A DNA stretch of 64,000 nucleotides from Podarcis erhardii (lineage: Eukaryota): the NCBI GenBank assembly GCA_964252035.1, contig OZ176201.1. One strand, written 5' to 3'. The notes under the pieces are model-generated. The model was not told where the DNA came from, did no database searches, and saw only the letters and a list, made by a program, of their open reading frames with translations. Positions 60,561-64,000 of the stretch are shown here, piece by piece; position 1 is the stretch's first letter; every line of letters starts with the position of its first letter. The position numbers and the translations under genes are program-made.

Positions 60561-63500
60561 TATACTTCTTTTATTCATGTTCAGTATACTTCTGTGTCAC
60601 TAAAAAGGCACGCTTTACCTCTAATTAATATTTATACCTTGCAGGCTTTCTAATGGGGTACTGAATATGTGTCGCAGGAGCTGTACAGATTTCCTTATGT
60701 GCTGGTGGAATGAAAAGTAGTTTTAACTGTCACATACTTTCTGGGCAGTCCCTGTTTTGTTTCTGTCATGAACATTAGTTTAAAGGCCCGGTTGAATTCC
60801 AGCCATATCACTTTGACATTTCAGAGTTGTTGAAATAATCGTCAGCATGTCTGTCTTCCTTATGGCTTGATATAGATCTGATAGTTGCAAGATGCTACTG
60901 CATGGTGACAGCAGAGACGGTTAAAACAGATGAGGTCTCAGTTGATGGAATTTGCCTTTTTTGGCCAGTTCGAGTGAAGTGGTGTGACCCATACATTTAA
61001 GAGAGAACTAAGCCCCCAACTGCTGTAGAACACTTGAGTTTTAAAGTGAAAAATACAGTATATGTGTACAGATGTGTTGACTTGTAAAGTCAGCCATTCT
61101 GTTGAAAGCAATTAGATAATTTGGGAAAGGAAATGGCTTCTAACTGTTCTGTTCCTTTTATTTGCATGGCGTTTTGCTTTATTTAATTTCTTGCTGCCCC
61201 GTGTAATCAAAATATACCTCATAGTGAACAAAACATAGAGGTGGAGACCAAAGCAGGGCTTGATCTGCCTGCCAGGAAAATAAATGCATATGCCTCTTTT
61301 GTGGAAGGGATTGATCTGCCTCTATGTAGAGTTGTTGCAGTTTTTATTATTTATTATTGAACAGTATGTTGTAGAATTTAATTTATGTCCCTTACTGCAG
61401 GCACAAGGCCTTGCTTGTCCCTTATTTTGACATTTTAGCCTGATAAAGCAAGATGCGACAACCACAAAGTCATAGTATGCAATGAATTAGGTGTTACTGA
61501 TCTTACTGTTGGCAAAATAGCAGGTTGTGATTGCTTGAATTTTGTAAAAGCTGAGGCCACAGTGAATATCAATATGCTTCTGGGACAGAAAATGTGTTAA
61601 TTAAAGTCTGTGACTTTTTCAGTACTCCCATATGAGAGCATTTCCTTTTGAATTGACAGTATCAACACTTTTTTGTAGCTATTATCATCTTCAGAATGTG
61701 ACTACCTGGCTTTGTAGCTCAAGTGAACAAGCATCTGCTATGCACAAAATTAGCAATGTGACACTGTTTTGCAGAATAACATAGTGTGGTCTTGTTTTTA
61801 ATTTGACACTAATTTGAAGTGGGAAATTATGAAGGGATCTGTAAGTAGCAATCCAGATTTGTGGGGCAATATGTTTTTAGCTGCCTATAAGATTCCAAAA
61901 GAACAGCTTCTAATCCCATTTGTTCTGCTTCATGTTCACATCTTCAAGACAGACAGGTGCTATGTGCCCTTTCTGAAATCAAAAGATCTCCTCCCTTTAC
62001 CGTACTCCCCAAAGGCTCCCAAGCCTTTCTTCTGTTAAAATTGTGTGGGATGTTTCTAGATTTACTCTGGCTCTGCTCTCTGATAGATAGAAAGAATTAA
62101 CTATTAATGGTATACAGGGTCAATAGAGCTCCACCAGATTATTCTATTGTTTTTGGAACACAAGAAAATGTTGCAATGTGGAGTGTTCATGTTTTTGTTG
62201 ACCATGTCATTTGCTTATTAAGTTTTGGGAGAAAGTATTGAATTGTATAAACATGACTGTGCAGATAAAATTTTCAGAGGGAAATATTATTTCAAATTAC
62301 ATACCTACTAGAACCTTGTGGTAAAAGGCAGGTGAGAAATAAATACTTAGATAAACCCTGGGTCTTCCTCAATTCTCCCTCTTGTGGTTGGGTGGTGCCA
62401 TTTTGACACTTCAAGTCTGAGCATAGAATGTAGAGAGAATTATTTCACTCTCTGAAAGAGAGAGGACAGAAACTTATTGAGAGTTAGTCATTTTAAACCA
62501 AGAATTAAGGTTTTACAATTGTAGTTTTAAACTATAATTTATTATTTTGGAGATCCTCTTTTTAAACACTAAAATAAATATCCCTGTGCCTCAGTGAATA
62601 AAGATTTGGTTTTTTAGAAAAATTATTGACATCGGCATTTGTTAATTTTTAGAATAAGTTTTAATAGTAGTCCTTTCTGAATCAATGTTTGTTTCAGAAT
62701 TATAACAGAAAATATTCTGGTCCACAAATTTAATAATAAAAAGTGACAGGTACTTTGCCAAAATAGGATTACAAATCAGAGTTTCCAAAATGCACTGTTT
62801 CTGTTTCAGGAAGCATAAAATATCCTTAATGTTTTCTTAGTAAAGTAGGAATCAGGGCTCATGGGTACAGTTGCAAACTGGATAAATTGTCATGGGCACC
62901 GTACATGCACTATAACCAAGCACACACCTTAGCCTTCGCTATTGGCTACAATAAAAGGTTTCCTTCAAGTTTAATTTCAATGGGGGCAACAGGTAAGTGG
63001 TTCCTGTGGATGTCAGGGAAGGCTTCTCTTGGTACATATGCACCAAAAGGCACCATGTTGCTGATCCTTCCAGTAAAGCTTTTTCTGTGTCCTGTTTTAC
63101 TATCCATTCTTACAAGCCATTTTCTCACCCAATCTGGGGTTCCAGCCTGAGTGAGTTTACATCAAGGATGGTTTTCAAAGTCTGTGAATGTTCTAGTTGC
63201 TCAATTCCTTTTTTTCAAAACTGGAGAAAGATAATTGCAAGTGAGACGTTAAATATTTTTTTTCATATCATACCCTTGCAATAGTGAATTGAGAAGCTAT
63301 GCATTGACGTGAACTGAATTTGTCTTTTAATATAGAAGAGTTATTTTCTAACTTTAGTTCTTTAGATATTTGGAAAAGCATGGTGGCCAATTATACACAA
63401 TAGTAAAAGCAAACAATGTACCGTTTGAACAGCTTTGGTGACCTTGGGCTGTTCTGAGTAAAGTTATCAGCTTCCCTGTGAATTCACATTATCACTAGTT

Positions 63501-64000
63501 TATGCTGGAGTGTTCTAGGAACAGACTTTGAGGACAGTCACACCAGCTGTATCTTTGCTCTCTATGCAGTTTCACTTATATGGAAAGCACTTTCTTAGAG
63601 GGATAATGTGAAATATTGCTTGGGACACTTGCGCAGTTTGCTCATTCATTGTTTATGTACAAGGAAGCCAGCATGTAGTATATGCTATGAATGCACATAC
63701 TTGATCACTGATTGCAACAATCTATATGGAGTTTTCACACTTCTTTCCCTACATAGAAGTACTTTACGTAGCTCTCTCTTCCCTCTTCTGTTGCCCACAC
63801 AGTCTTAATTAAGTGCCTGGCTGCCAATTGCTTAGCAGAAGTGATTAACTCTGAAATCAAAACTTTTTTTACAGAGGGTAACATTCAATTATCGGGTGGG
63901 TTTTCCTGGCTTATTTTGATTCCGCAACCACCTAATACAGAAACTGGACATCTTTTTACTTCATTAGCTTATGTTAGACAATCACATCCCTACAGCCTTA

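Larger units (their letters stand above)
10320..64000 (+). other. COX10: COX10 gene, 5' part (exons 1-4 and most of a very large intron 4); TSS approximate; gene continues beyond the window
   Basis: Three spliced coding exons with GT-AG boundaries in register translate to the COX10 N-terminal half, including [60 protein letters not shown], preceded by a CpG-island promoter. Confidence 0.95.

Noticed and set aside
1-64000. CRISPR arrays, operons, rRNA genes, NUMTs
   Set aside because: No regularly spaced repeat-spacer structure and no rRNA-like or mitochondrial-like sequence was seen; the window is eukaryotic intergenic and intronic DNA.

Overview
Vertebrate genomic DNA. The repeat families (L2, CR1, Rex1/Babar, Penelope-like, tRNA-SINEs, Tigger- and hAT-type MITEs) point to a squamate, probably a lacertid lizard; this is inferred, not proven. 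The one gene I can support is the 5' half of COX10 (mitochondrial heme O synthase / protoheme IX farnesyltransferase) on the + strand. It has a CpG-island promoter at ~9.95-10.75 kb, a probable exon 1 ending at 10482, exon 2 (13293-13416), exon 3 (14001-14325) and exon 4 (18842-18966). No exon 5 was found, so intron 4 appears to exceed 45 kb and runs off the window. The remainder is intergenic or intronic sequence full of transposon relics, and almost all entries in the ORF track are spurious or L2/Rex1 fragments. The most notable observation is the COX10 5' end. Both ATGs upstream of the 10482 donor lie in one short closed uORF, which overlaps a YY1 motif, and exon 2 enters in a different phase from human as I recall it. 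The protein therefore appears to start at a good-Kozak ATG inside exon 2, or from an alternative extended first exon. Other highlights are a tail-to-tail MITE dimer, a Penelope-type ~104-bp-arm hairpin, nested insertions and candidate intronic enhancers. I found no evidence for a wholly new biological system. Comparisons with human COX10 and with repeat consensus sequences are from memory and need database confirmation.
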